Program-made: the position numbers and the translations under genes
Assembly (NCBI GenBank): GCA_951406725.2
Contig: OX597821.1
Span: forward strand, 98,890,001 to 98,954,000
Length of the DNA: 64,000 bases
Reading direction: 5' to 3'
Source of the DNA: Octopus vulgaris
Taxonomy: Eukaryota
The notes under the pieces: generated by a model
Told to the model about the DNA's origin: nothing
Databases searched by the model: none
Seen by the model: the letters and a program-made list of their open reading frames with translations, nothing else
Shown here: one piece after another, positions 12,926 to 25,905 of the stretch
Numbering within the stretch: position 1 is the stretch's first letter
How the letters are laid out: each line of letters starts with the position of its first letter

Positions 12926-12960
<35 letters not shown>
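12825..12960 (+). mobile_element. Probable LINE 3' end with (AAT)n tail
   Basis: Short unique segment ending TTCTCACTC followed by (AAT)n. Confidence 0.4.
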
Positions 12961-12961
<1 letters not shown>

Positions 12962-14149
12962 CACTAATACAACCCAGCAGGACAACTGAAAAATAACTCT
13001 AAAAAACTGGAATATCTACAATTTCCTGTGAGTATTTTAAATTTCCCTCAAAATAAGTTAAGAAACTTACATATCTACAGTTTTCGAACATACAAACGAT
13101 CAGCTTTAAAACCTTTAATATTTACAACTTCTGTGAATACCTATCCTTCCCTTTCTCTCTGAGTATTCGAAAATGTAAATACCCCTTTTATTGTAAGAAC
13201 ATTACAGAGGGGGTTTTTTCTGTCTGGTTGCCAGCGTTAATTTTCCGTGCGAACCGATTTCATATTCAGTGTAATGATATACTTATATAGGCCAATTAAT
13301 GACGCGAAAGTAATTTTCGCTATAAATCAATAAATAAAGAGTTGTTAGTAGTTAAAGTTTGAACATCGTAAGCCACAGACACATTCATGGCTGTTTCGAT
13401 AGTAAGAAGCGGAACATGAGAACTCTTTTGTCTCTCAACGTGCCTGTTGCCATAGTAAGAAGCGAATCCGAGTAGTCTTTGAAAGGTCTTTTATCTGCAA
13501 GGAAGCACGTGTTGGCAAACTTGACGCTGTGTTCTGTGTTCTGTGTGATTGTGGCTGCAAGCTCCAGTAACTTCGCTTCTATTATGGAAAAAATGCAAAC
13601 AGCGGAGGATATTTTAAAAATTAAAACCGAAAGTTAAATGTTTTTTAAGCATATTTAAATTGTTTGTTTAATGTTTGTTTCTTTTTGTCATTGAGCATTG
13701 AGGTAGTTGTGAGGTGTGCTAAAATTACAGCTAAATAAGGTTTTTTGGATAAATCTTTTAAATTAAAGTGTATTTGCCAACATTTCGCTCAAAGATTTAA
13801 AACTGATTTTCTCTTTTAAATTAACATAAACATTTATTTACATAAAAGAAAATTATCGGAGACCTTTCATCTAATTCTTCTAAATCTTTCTTTAAATATT
13901 AGGATCCCTTCAATTTGGCTCACAGATTTTAAAATAATTTTTTATTTAACTAAACAGTTTGAAACTTCGTTTACTGCTGTAATTTCTCACGCTGAACACG
14001 ATTTATTTTCAACATTTTTGACAAAATTTTGTATTTTAGAAGTTATTTTGTGTTAAAGCTGTCGTATTTGGGTAATTTTAACAAATCAACGACGTGTATA
14101 CAGCTGAAGAAACCTACTGCTGTTTGCGATAATAATCCAATGCGAAAAC

Positions 14150-16245
14150 ATTCTATAGAAAAATAGGGAAGGAGAAAATAATCGTTGAAGACCTCCCTGC
14201 CATGGAAGAAGTTGAAAACTTCTGGAAAAATATCTGGAATGATGAAAAATACTTGCAATGAACATACAGACTGGATTGGACGGAAAGACATCACAATAGC
14301 AGGATAAGGGTGGCACTCACGAAGGCTCATAAGTGGAAATCTCCTGGTAATGATAGGGTGCCAAATTTCTGGCTCACCCCGCTCCCGTGCGCACACGAAA
14401 AGTTAGTCCAGTTATTCAATGAAATTATGAGAGTTCCTACGAAAACACCCGATTGGTTTGCAAGAGGTATTACTTACCTATTCCCGAAGAATAATGAAAC
14501 CAAATTTCCCCAAAACTATCGGTCCATAACATGTCTATCTACCACGTATAAAATTTTAACATCCATCCTTGCGGAGAAAACATTCAAATTTATGGAACAG
14601 AACGATATTTTCCCCACTGAACAAAAAGGGTGCCGACGAGGCTCATATGGATGCAAAGACCAACTCTTAATAAATCGCATGATCCTTGAGAACTAACATA
14701 ACAAACGCAGAAGTTTCACTTCTGCGTGGATTGATTATAAAAAGGCCTTCGACAGCATACGGCATTCGTGGATCTTGAAATCGTTGGATATCTTCAAAAT
14801 TTCTCCTGTGATTTCGAACTTCCTGAAGCACATGTCAATGTTGAATACGAATCTCTAATTATACCACTCTTATGGAGTACTGACCACAAAAATATTAATA
14901 TCAGCTGCGGCATTTTCAAAGGCGACTCACTTTCTCCTTTAATTTTCTGCATAGCCCTAATACCCCTTACAAGTTAATTTAACAGAACAGGGTATGGATA
15001 TAAAAATTGGCGACAAGAAAATAAGTCAATTTATATGGATGGCTTAAAACTCAAACAATAATGAGCTTGAAGGACTAATACGTACTGTGAAAGTGTTCAG
15101 TGATGACATCGGGATGGGATTTGATCTTCGTAAATGTGCCAAGACCAATTTCCAGAAAGGGAAACTGAAGACCTCACATTCAGTGGTGTTGGATGTTGAC
15201 ACAGTCATAAAAGAACTCGAGCAGGAACAAACTTACAAATACCTCGGAATAAATGAGGGCTCTGGCATTCAACTTGCAAGTATGAAAGGGAAGATCATGA
15301 AGGAGTGTTACAGGAGAGTTCGAGGAGTCCTAAAATCCGAGTTAAATACATGTAATAAAGTGTTAGCTATAAATTCCTTAACAGTTACTGTTGTTATTTA
15401 CAGTTTCAGTGTGTTGAACTGGAATATGAGTGAAATAAGGAAGATTGAGCGAAATAAGGAAAATCTGTAAGCTGCTGACTTGAAATAAGATACACTATCC
15501 GAAACAGATGCAGATCGTCTTTACCTACCCAGAGCTCAAGGAGATGGGGGCTTGATCCAATTTGAAATCTTCTACAAAACCACCACAATTGGACTGGCAA
15601 AAAATCTTGAAACATCAAACGACTGGAAGCTAAAGTTCGTTGAAGACCATGAAAGACGTAAGAAGCTTCATTCTGTTATGAAGGAGAACAAAAAAATTTT
15701 CCTGTGAGTTTATGCATAATACCCAGGTTGAACAGCACGAAGGAAGTGCACCAGCTGTAGTTGCAAAGAAGGTGAAAGCAATAACAAAGCAAAATGCGCT
15801 TGAACAATTGGATGATAGGTGGGAACAAAAACCTCTGCATGGCAAATATGTGGCACGTAGCAAACAAGCTGACGTAGACCAGAAGCTACAGAGCTCAGGG
15901 CTAAAGGCAGAGAGTGAAGGCTTTATCTTGGCTGCCCATGATCAGAGCTTATTGACCCGGAACTATCAAGCCATTATGATGAAAAATGGAGTAGACCCAA
16001 AGTGCCGATACTGCAACGATGGGATTGAAACAGTGGACCTCCTAATCTCTGGATGTGAGTTTTAGCACCTGTAGAGTACAAATCAAGACATGGCAGAGTT
16101 GGTCAATATCTACATTGGATACAGTGTCAACATTATAAAATCAAAACTGCTGACAAATGGCACAAACATCACCCTGAGGCTGTAACCGAGGGAGAAAATG
16201 TAACTATTCTTTGGGATTTCCCAGTATGTGCAGACTGGATCATCA
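14150..16245 (+). pseudogene. R4/Dong-clade non-LTR retrotransposon RT + zinc knuckle/RLE remnant
   Basis: KSPGND, NYRSITCL, EQKGCRRGSYGCKDQL, WIDYKKAFDS, GIFKGDSLSPL, YMDG, YKYLG, EGFILAAHDQ, CRYC...ETVDLLISGC, RH, ILWDF. Confidence 0.9.
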
Positions 16246-18460
16246 CAGCTCCAAATGTCAGAAATCTCCAAATGTCAGAAGAAATTCGGCCAGCCCAGTC
16301 GGAGCGTACACAGTGACTCGTCTAAAAGCACTACCGTCGCTGCGATTCACGTCCAGTGCCACCACCAAGTTACCTTCTGGGTCCAAGAAGATCGACCGCA
16401 TTACGAGGCCTAGGCCTTTCAGGAGCAAAACCACCACTCCGCGTCCTCCCGCTCCCATTCCAGATTGCGTACGAGATGTGAAAATCTCAAAATTACCAAA
16501 AATGGGATCAAAGGTGCGTGTGTTGGAAATCCTAGTTTCTCTGACGGCTATCACATCAAAATCTAGCGACCTGAGCCATTGAGCAGGCGACCTTGCTTCT
16601 ATGGCGATCCAGGCCATATGCATTTATACTGCCCACTCTTAAGATCATCATGTTGGCCAGAAAGAAGAAAAGAAAGGAAGAGGTCACCTACCTTAATGTT
16701 TTTCTGGAAGGCACTCGTATGTGTGAAAATTCGTTGTTTGTATGGGTTTCCTTGGGGAAACCCTTTAGATCCCCACCTCGTTACCTGATGTATTCCGAAG
16801 ACTCCGCCTCGGACGAAGGTTTGTTGTTTGTTCCGTCTCGAACCATGCCTGACTCATAAGGGCCGGTTTCCCGGTTTCATTGGCGTATAGGTTCTCCACC
16901 TGAACGGGACGCCGGTCCGTCGCAGGTGAGCTGCTAGATGCAGGAGGAAAGAGTGAAAGTTGTGGCGAAAGAGTCAGCAGAAGTTCGCCATTACCTTCTG
17001 CAGGAGCCGCGTGAAGCTTAGGTGTTTCACTCATAAATACATACATCGCCCGGTCTGAGATTCGAACCCACGATCCCTCGACCGCAACTCCGTTTCTCGA
17101 ACCACTAGGCCATGTGCCTCCACTTGAACGAGGGTAGGGGTATGTTTTCTCCTGTGATTATATCTGGGATTTTTCTAGTAGGTGAGGGTAAACAGGGACA
17201 AGGAGAGAGAGAGAGAGAGAGAGTAGAATTAGGATGTGCCCCTGGGTGGTGATTATTTCTTAATTGTTAATATTCTCCGCTGCATTAGTTGCTACTACGA
17301 ACAGAGTTGATGTTGATGTTGGTGTTACTGCTGTCGTTGCGGTTGTGGATGTTGTTGATTTTTTTCTGTCGCTGATGAGGTTATTGATGATGCTGGTCCA
17401 GATTTTATTATCTTTCCTCTCTTTTTTTTCCTTGCTGCTACAGTTGGTACTGCTTCTGCTTTTCCACAATCCTGCTGACGTTGCTGTTGCGATGATTGTG
17501 TTAGCAGGAGTGGGGTTCCCTTTTCTCTTGTCTTCTTGTGATTGTTGGGGTAGAATGCCCTGAGGTGATCGCTGCTTCAACACACATAGGATCTTCATTT
17601 TCTGCCCTCCACAACCAAATGCAACTCCATTCCATTTTCAGGGAGTTCGCACTTGAAATCCCTTTCAGATCCTCCAGTTTGATATAGAGGAGGAACATCC
17701 CTAAATTGATGCCAGAAAAGATCTCCTGTTTTGTCCACTGAACATCCAGTAGCTTGTCACTACCATTTAAGGTCACACAGGATACCAGCCACCACAAATC
17801 CTACTCCGGTGGGATGCCTGGAATTTTTACTCGGGCCGTTCTTCGACCAAGTACGTGGGTGTACAAAGTGATATCTTCGCTCCTCCTCACAGAGATACAT
17901 CAGTAACATATTGTTCTTTTTAAAATATCATTTGAGAAGTCTTGTTGGGGTTCCACTGACGCTTTCCTTCCGATAATCTTTCTATAACGAGCTGCCTCCT
18001 CTGACTTTCCCTGCTTGTCTTCATGGGTGAGTTGAATTAGTCCCCTTTGCTTTGCCACACCCACTTTGGCAGTGGTAGTTGTGCTGCTGCTGCTGTTGCC
18101 ACCATCACTACTAAGCTTGCACACACTTCACAGTTGAGTGAGTGAAGGAAGGGGAGGGAAGTCTTCGGTTGTAAGAGGGTTGGTGGGAGGAAGAATTTCC
18201 TCCTTCAATGTCTCATTGGTGGGCGTGTTCCTTGTTGACAGGGCTATCTTGAATATGGATTTTTTTCCTCTTAACGGTACTCGGGCACCTTTTTTAGGCA
18301 AATGTGTCCCTAGAGGGGTAAAAACAACAAAATAACAGCCAAAAGTAGTGTTCTTAATGATAAAATTCAAGAAAAATTGTGAACAAACAGATGAAAGCAA
18401 AGATTTTAACAGAGACTTATTATGCATGGTCAAAAACATGTCCGAACTATTCCGCAGCGA
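16246..18460 (-). pseudogene. Tx1/L1-like element 5' part (ORF1 remnant + APE endonuclease N-terminus)
   Basis: DVIAVRETR, GVVVLL, DPEGNLVV, VYAP motifs; degenerate ORF1-like upstream region; interrupted by a SINE. Confidence 0.7.
16857..17123 (-). mobile_element. SINE family C variant
   Basis: Head GTGGAGGCACATGGCCTAGTGG...GGGTTCGAATCTC and shared body; distinct 3' tail. Confidence 0.8.
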
Positions 18461-18744
18461 ATAATAATAATGAGATAACCTTGATCTCCAACTTAACGTG
18501 AAAATTGTGTTAGAACACAGAATACTGCGTTATTTACCTTCAGAGAATCTCTCATAAGGACTCGAGGTGCATAAAAACACTCGAGATTATATGATTGACA
18601 GATGAGAATCGTGATTTCACTCTGCTATGGGTGTCTCAGTGACAGATGTCCCTCAGCGCGATCGAAATCTCCCGTCAACGATTTATAGAATCTCAGTGTC
18701 TATTCAGGCACTGGTGTCGCAAATAACTAGTGGGATTATTAAAA

Positions 18745-18912
18745 AATAACTAATAGCGACAGAAGTTGTATTAATGCCAAAAGATAATCTTGATCTCCAA
18801 CTTAATGCGGAGGTTGTTAGGAGACAAAATACTGCGTTATTTACCTTGTGTTAAGCTGGAGATCAAGATTACCTTTTTGTATTAATACTGCTTCAAGTCG
18901 TTATTAATTATT
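18745..18912. repeat. Imperfect inverted repeat, related to 18474-18545
   Basis: ATCTTGATCTCCAACTTAA vs TTAAGCTGGAGATCAAGAT plus flanking arms. Confidence 0.6.
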
Positions 18913-18939
18913 ATTTAATAATAATAATAAATAATGGTT

Positions 18940-19652
18940 TCAAATTCAGGTGCATGGCCAGCAGTTTCATGGGAGGGTCTTAGTTGATTTGATCGACCCC
19001 AGTCCTCAATTGGTACTGGTTTATCGCCCCCAAAAGAATGAAAGGTAAAGTCGACAACTACATAGGTACCCTCAGGTTATGACCATCTCAGATTTCTCGC
19101 TTACGGAACTTATCAAAACGAAGAAAGTCCGCTAATTTCAGGACACGGTGTATAATTTCGCCCATACGGAAACGCCCATATTTCGCCCATATTGAAAGAA
19201 ATGAAACAAATTTCACAAAAATAATCGCTAATTCCACCCCGAAGGACAAAAATACAAAGCTGAGGAGCTCCTCAGAACCTTTGGGACTTTACATAACTTG
19301 CAGAGCACAATTTTGAACATAGACTTTTGAAAGACAGTTTTAACAAAACTTACGACCGAATCGAAACGATGTGTCGCTGCCTACACCACCACCACCATCA
19401 CAACAACAACAACAACACTAATGTTTTCTACTATAGGCACAAGGCCTGAAATTTCGGGGAAGTGGGTAAGTCGACTACAACGACCCCACTCCACAAATGC
19501 TACTTATTTTATCGGCCCCGAAAAGATAAAAGGCAACGCCAATCTCGGCGAAATTTGAACTCAGAAAGTAAAGACGGACGAAATGCTTCTAAGCGTTTTC
19601 CCGGCATGCTAACGAATCTGCCAGCTCGCCGCTTTAACAACAACAACAAAAC

Positions 19653-19694
<42 letters not shown>

Positions 19695-20510
19695 CCTTTC
19701 TACTAAAGGCATTAGGCTTGAATTGTTATTTTTGGCACTTATTTTATCGACCCCGAAAAAATGAAAGGCAGAGTCAACCTCAGCGGAATTTGAACTCGGA
19801 ATGTAAAGACGGTATTGGTCCGGCGTGCTAAAGATTCTGCAACAACACTAATAATGATTTCGAATTTTGGCAATTTTGGTGGAGGGGTTAGTCGATTACA
19901 TCGACCCCAGTGCCCAACTGGTACTTATTTTATCCATCCTAAAAGGGTGAAAAGCAGTCGACCTTAGTGGAATTTGAACTCAGAACGTAAGGACGTACGA
20001 AATGCCGCTTCGCATATTTGCTGGGCGTGATAACGATTCTGCCAGCTCGCTGCTTTCTAACAGAAAAAAGGAAAAACAAAATCCTTTCTACTAAAGGTTG
20101 AAGGCCTGAAATTTTGGGGGAGGGGACTAGTCGATTACATCGACCCCAGTGTTTCACTGGTACTTAATTTATCGACCCCGAAAGGATGAAAGCAAAGTCG
20201 ACCATGGTGGAATTTGAACTCAGAACGTAAGGACGGACGAAATGCCGCTAAACATTTTGTCCAACATGCTAACGATTCTTATTTCTTTACTGCCCACAAG
20301 GGGCTACAAAGAGGGGACAAACAAGGACAGACAAACGGATTAAGTCGATTATATTGACCTCAGTGCGTAACTGGTACTTATTTAACCGACCCCGAAAGGA
20401 TGAAAGGCAAAGTCGACTTCGGCGGAATTTGAACTCAGAACGTAGTGGCAGACGAAACACTGCTAAGCATCTCGCTCGGCGTGCTAACGTTTCTGCCAGC
20501 TCGCTGCCTT
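18940..20510 (-). mobile_element. Cluster of about 6 head-to-tail SINE family B copies
   Basis: Repeated ATCGACCCC..GAAAGG..GAATTTGAACTCAGAA units at about 18940, 19420, 19730, 19865, 20080 and 20280. Confidence 0.88.
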
Positions 20511-20581
20511 GTAACAAAAAAAAAAAAAAAAAGAAAGAAAGAAAGAAAAAACTTCATTTCAAATAATTCTTTTAATCTTTT

Positions 20582-20782
20582 ATTCTTTTACTTGTTTCAG
20601 TCAGTTTGGCTGTAGCCATGCTGCAGCAGCACCGCCTTTTAATCGAAGAAATCCACTCACAAGGCTTTGGCCGGCTCGAGATTATTGCAGAAGACACTTG
20701 CCCAAGGTGCCACGCAGTGGAACTGAACCTGGAACCATGTGACTGGAAAGCAAGCTTCTTACCACACAGTCACGCCTTCGCC
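20582..20782 (-). mobile_element. SINE family A, internally deleted
   Basis: Tail joined directly to AAATCCACTCACAAGG body. Confidence 0.85.
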
Positions 20783-20882
20783 TAAAGGAATTAAATATAA
20801 TTTCTTAACTATGCATAGAAAGTGAAATAAGTTATGGGCCTATACTTTTCCGACGGTACATACGTAATCAATACAGGACGGT

Positions 20883-21301
20883 ACTCTCTTTACTCTTTCA
20901 CTCTTTTACTTGTTTCAGTCATGTGACTGTGGCCATGCTGGAGCACCGCCTTTAGTCGAGCAAATCGACCCCAGGACTTATTCTTTGTAAGCCTAGTACT
21001 TATTTTATCGATCTCTTTTTTGCCGAACCGCTAGGTGACGGGGACGTAAACACACCAGCATCGGTTGTCAAGCGATGTTGGGGGGGACAAACACAGACAC
21101 ACAAACCCACACACACACACATATATATATACATATATATGACGGGCTTCTTTCAGTTTCCGTCTACCAAATCCACTCACAAGGCTTTGGTCGGCCCGAG
21201 GCTATAGTAGAAGACAGTTACCCAAGGTGCCACGCAGTGGGACTGAACCCGGAACCATGTGGTTCGTAAGCAGCTACTTACCACACAGCCACTCCTACGC
21301 C
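20883..21301 (-). mobile_element. SINE family A, full length
   Basis: Complete head, body and tail. Confidence 0.93.
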
Positions 21302-21799
21302 TATGATGATGATCCATATGGCAATTAATGAGAAAGTAATATATTCCATTTAATGATAATGTTTAAACCATCAGCGATAGATTTTCAATTTTGTGTACTC
21401 TTGCTTTTTGATATTTTTGTAGTTATTGTTTTAGCATATCATACCCACCCTGACAGCAGTGTCAAGAGCGAGCGTTAAACACGACCAAGCCTTTACTTCA
21501 AACAACAATTTCATAATCTGATTATAACGGAAAGTGTCAGCCAATCTTCCGCGGGGTTGAAAAGTGATTGGTATGGAAGGAATTGGTAAGACATAAGTAA
21601 AGGCAAGGGCTGGTAGTTGACACCATTCTAATAAATCCGATGGCATATAGAAGGCATGTCTAGTAGCTTTCTTTCAATTTCTGTCACGAACACAAATTTA
21701 TATACATCAGTTAGTCGAAAATGAGTTCAAGTAATTAGAAACATATAACTGAGGTGAAATAAGAAGTATGTGTGAATATGTACAGGCATGAATACGCAC

Positions 21800-21869
<70 letters not shown>

Positions 21870-21909
21870 TACATACATACATACATACATACATACAAAC
21901 ATGTGTGTA

Positions 21910-21947
<38 letters not shown>

Positions 21948-21950
<3 letters not shown>

Positions 21951-22157
21951 TCTTTTATTTTTTACTTGTTTCAGTCATTTGACTGCGGCCATGCTGGAGC
22001 ACCGCCTTTAGTCGAGCAAATCGACCCCGGGACTTATTCTTTGTAAGCCCAGTACTTATTCTATCGATCTCTTTTGTCGAACCGCTAAGTGACGGGGACG
22101 TAAACACACCAGCATCGGTTGTCAAGCAATGCTAGGGGGACAAACACAGGCACACAA

Positions 22158-22194
<37 letters not shown>

Positions 22195-22363
22195 CATATA
22201 TACGACGGGCTTCTTTCAGTTTCCGTCTACCAAATCCACTCACAAGGCATTGGTCGGCCCGGGGCTATAGCAGAAGACACTTGCCCAAGATGCCATGCAG
22301 TGGGACTGAACCCGGAACCATGTAGTTGGTTAGCAAGCTACTTACCACATAGCCACTCCTGCG

Positions 22364-22364
<1 letters not shown>
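21948..22364 (-). mobile_element. SINE family A, full length
   Basis: Complete copy inside (TA)n. Confidence 0.93.
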
Positions 22365-22460
<96 letters not shown>

Positions 22461-22556
22461 CGGGAAGGTTTACGAAAATAAACGAAAGACGAAGGCAGGT
22501 GGAGTACAAACAAATAAATATATTAGTATGGCGCTCAGGAATAGAAATAGAACAAG

Positions 22557-22594
22557 TCTTTTACGTTTCGAGCCTACGCTCTTCGACAGAAAGA
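22557..22594 (-). ncRNA. Minimal hammerhead-like motif, A6U core
   Basis: Reverse complement TCTTT-CTGTCGA-A-GAGC-GTAG-GCTC-GAAA-CG-TA-AAAGA. Confidence 0.6.
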
Positions 22595-22668
22595 TACACA
22601 GAAAAAAAATCTAGGAGAGAAACAAGGAGAGAAAAAAAATGCGTGTATGAGCTAACGATCTATCATGG

Positions 22669-22701
<33 letters not shown>

Positions 22702-23201
22702 AGATAGATAGATAGATAGCATGTACACACAAACACACACACACATTTCGTTTTTGTATTGGTTTGCAAGATTCTTGATGTGAATTTTATTGACTTAGGA
22801 AGGTCATTGCACCAATAATAACACACGTACAGATTCAATACCACTTCTTTATTATTAGTCAATATGTTAAACATCTATCCAACTAACTAATCGATCATTT
22901 GTTTAACATGTTGGTTAAACAGTCAATCGGTTTGTTTGTCAAAGTTCTTTCATTGCCGATTGCAACCTTTTCTGCAGTCCCTCAACTCACTTCGATGGTG
23001 GCTTAGCTGGCCGAAACTTCGAAGTCACTGTCACTGTCAACAACATTCTTGTTTATGAATAATAAAATTGTACTCTACAAAAGTATAGAGTAACCCATTA
23101 GATTAAGGTATAATTGTTTTTATTATAACTGAACATAAAAACAAACATTTATATATACATACACACACATGTATGCATACATACATACATACATACATAC
23201 A

Positions 23202-23280
<79 letters not shown>

Positions 23281-23283
<3 letters not shown>

Positions 23284-23576
23284 CGTGATCACCGTGACCG
23301 ACCAGCCTATCAGATGTTGTTACACATCGCTGGTCACAATGCGCTTCGCATTGTTTTAGCCTTCAAATAACGCCACCCCGCTGGCTAAGCAAGCAGGCCA
23401 ACAGAAGAAAGAGTGAGAGAAAGTTGTGGCGAAAGAGTACAGTAGGGATCGCCACCAACCCCTGCCGGAGCCTTGTGGAGCTTTAGGTGTTTTCTCTCAA
23501 TAAACACTCACAACGCCCGGTCTGGGAATCGAAACCGCGATCCTACGACCGCGAGTCCGCTGCCCTAACCACTGGG
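23281..23576 (-). mobile_element. SINE family C variant with a third tail type
   Basis: Head and body match 51628-51810; different 3' part. Confidence 0.85.
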
Positions 23577-23973
23577 TATATATATATATATATATATACT
23601 AACTGTGGAGGCGCAATGGCCCAGCGCTTAGGTCCATTTGATCACTGTAGACAAATCATTTGTGCTCATACGTCGTCTTCGACGGGAGAGTTCATCATCA
23701 TCGTCATATATATATACATAAAAACAATAGCACAGATGACTTGAGGTTCACTGCAGCTGTTTTAGATGTGTTCTCTATTGAACAAAATTGTTACATCATG
23801 CAACATAACCGTTTTCTTAAGGTGAATAAAGAATAGTAGATAAATGACAGTACACGTGTGTGCACTGGTGGTGCGCTATCCCCACCTCTATCTTGATGCT
23901 TTTACTATTTAAATACCTGATCCAATCGGATCCGGAAAATTTTATTATATATGCATACACGATACATGTGTGA

Positions 23974-24046
<73 letters not shown>

Positions 24047-24047
<1 letters not shown>

Positions 24048-24633
24048 ACGCGTCTGAAAGGATTGGAGACAAACACTTTCCTCTCTGGTCAATCTCTCAT
24101 CAACTTCTTCAAGTATCACTTGAAAAGGAAAGTAAGAGTAGAGAGGCAAGTTTTGTCTGGCGAATGTTTTAAAAAAAGATGGGTGAATGTAGCAAGGATG
24201 GCACGTATGAATGACGAAGCCACTTTGAGCCTAATCCTATGAACCCAGAAATTGAAAACAGGGCTACCCACTTGCAAACAAATGTGGTAACATGTAACAA
24301 TATTGACCAAGGTTACCGTGGTCTTTTCCGTAGGCTTTTCTTCCCACGGATAAACCTTATCTGCTTCCCCCTTTACACCGTACATCATGACACTGTGATA
24401 CACGATCCCTATTGATCGTTTTTTTCTTTTTCCCCTTTTTTCCTTTTCCTTCTTCTTTTTTCATTTTTCTTTTCTTCTGTTTCTTTTCCTTTTTTTCTTT
24501 TTTTTTCTTCTTTCCCTTTTACGATCCCTTTTGATCGAAAACCTACCCCACTTTTTTTTTTCCAAAAAAAGAAAAGTTCTACTTTGTAATCTGTCCCGTC
24601 TGTGTGCAGCCCTGTACGGCTAATAAAGAAACA
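24047..24633 (+). mobile_element. Tx1/L1-like 3' end within (TATC)n
   Basis: TRLKGL..FFKYHLKRK.RVER..F.KRW C-terminus, T-rich 3'UTR, AATAAA; (TATC)n on both sides. Confidence 0.8.
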
Positions 24634-24715
<82 letters not shown>

Positions 24716-24763
24716 CCTGTCTGTCTGTCTGTCTGTTTATCTATCTTTCTATCTGTCTATCTT

Positions 24764-24847
<84 letters not shown>

Positions 24848-24939
24848 CATATACATATATGCATATACATATACTACACACACACACTCACACACACACA
24901 CACACACACACGCATGACATATATACACACACACAGACA

Positions 24940-25112
24940 TGCTGGTGTGTTTACGTTCCCGTTACTTAGCGGCTCAGTAGAAAACAGATAGAATAAGTAC
25001 CAGGCTTAAAAAAAAAAGAGAGAGAGAAAAGTCCTGGGGTCGATTTCTTTGACTAAAAACCTTTCAAGGTGGTGCTCAGCATTGCTGCAGTCAGATAAGT
25101 GAAACGGGTAAA
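24940..25112 (+). mobile_element. Diverged SINE family A 3' half
   Basis: GCTGGTGTGTTTACGT...ATAGAATAAGTAC...GGTGGTGCTCAGCA. Confidence 0.7.
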
Positions 25113-25417
25113 AGATAATAGATAAAAGATACATATTTTGTTAAGCTGCGAAACAATTGTCGTTAAATAAGAATTTCCAATAGCTGAATAAATTTTCAGA
25201 AATATTAAATTTCTAAATATCTCATAGAGATATATGCGGTGGTGGAGCGATAGAGTGGTTGTATACTGTCAACTTAACGTGACAGTCCCGTAAGGGAATT
25301 ACACCACCGCTATTTAGCCCTAGGAATCATCGACGCTTCCTGTCGGCCTTGACACATTTCCTGTGACCTTATATAATTACGAAGGGGAGACAAACACCCC
25401 CAACAGCTAGGCCTGCA

Positions 25418-25463
25418 TCTAGAGACATGCATGTTTCTGGGTCTTGCCCATCATCAATCTAGA
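25418..25463 (-). ncRNA. Type I hammerhead-like motif (U3 core variant)
   Basis: Reverse complement TCTAGA-TTGATGA-TGGG-CAAGA-CCCA-GAAA-CATGCATG-TC-TCTAGA; all three stems pair. Confidence 0.75.
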
Positions 25464-25707
25464 GTAGCAAGGCCTGCTAGCTGGAGATATTTGTCTAGAC
25501 TTCGTTGTCTAGCTGTTGAATAAATTTTGTTATACTATAATTCTCTCGTTATTTATAATTTTATACACCCCTATGTTTTCCTCTTGTATCGTACTATGCA
25601 TTCTATATGTCTCGTAGAATGATACATTAAGGAGCCTTTTTTTATGATTAACAATCGGATAAGTTGAATCCATATATTGTGACTTAAATTTATATATATA
25701 CATAAAT

Positions 25708-25741
<34 letters not shown>

Positions 25742-25748
<7 letters not shown>

Positions 25749-25905
25749 AACCTGAGAATGTGTGTCTGTCTGTGCGCATCTCAAAAACTCGAGAACCACC
25801 CAACCGACTTAATTCAAATTTTACGCATACACTACTTAGGGTCCATGGAATGTCGTGGGCCAAAAAAGTTTTCGATTTCTTGCCTAATGTGGGCCTGGAG
25901 CAATC
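25742..25905 (+). mobile_element. Non-autonomous Helitron-like 5' end
   Basis: TATATAAA..TGAGAATG(TGTC)n..AATTCAAATTTTAC, homologous to 58160-58490. Confidence 0.5.

Noticed and set aside
18594-18680. CAGATGA...GAAA candidate hammerhead
   Set aside because: No stem III or UH site.
22975-23030. GGCC-GAAA-CTTCGAAG-TC half-hammerhead
   Set aside because: Palindromic stem III is present but the CUGANGA core is not recognisable; at best a decayed relic.
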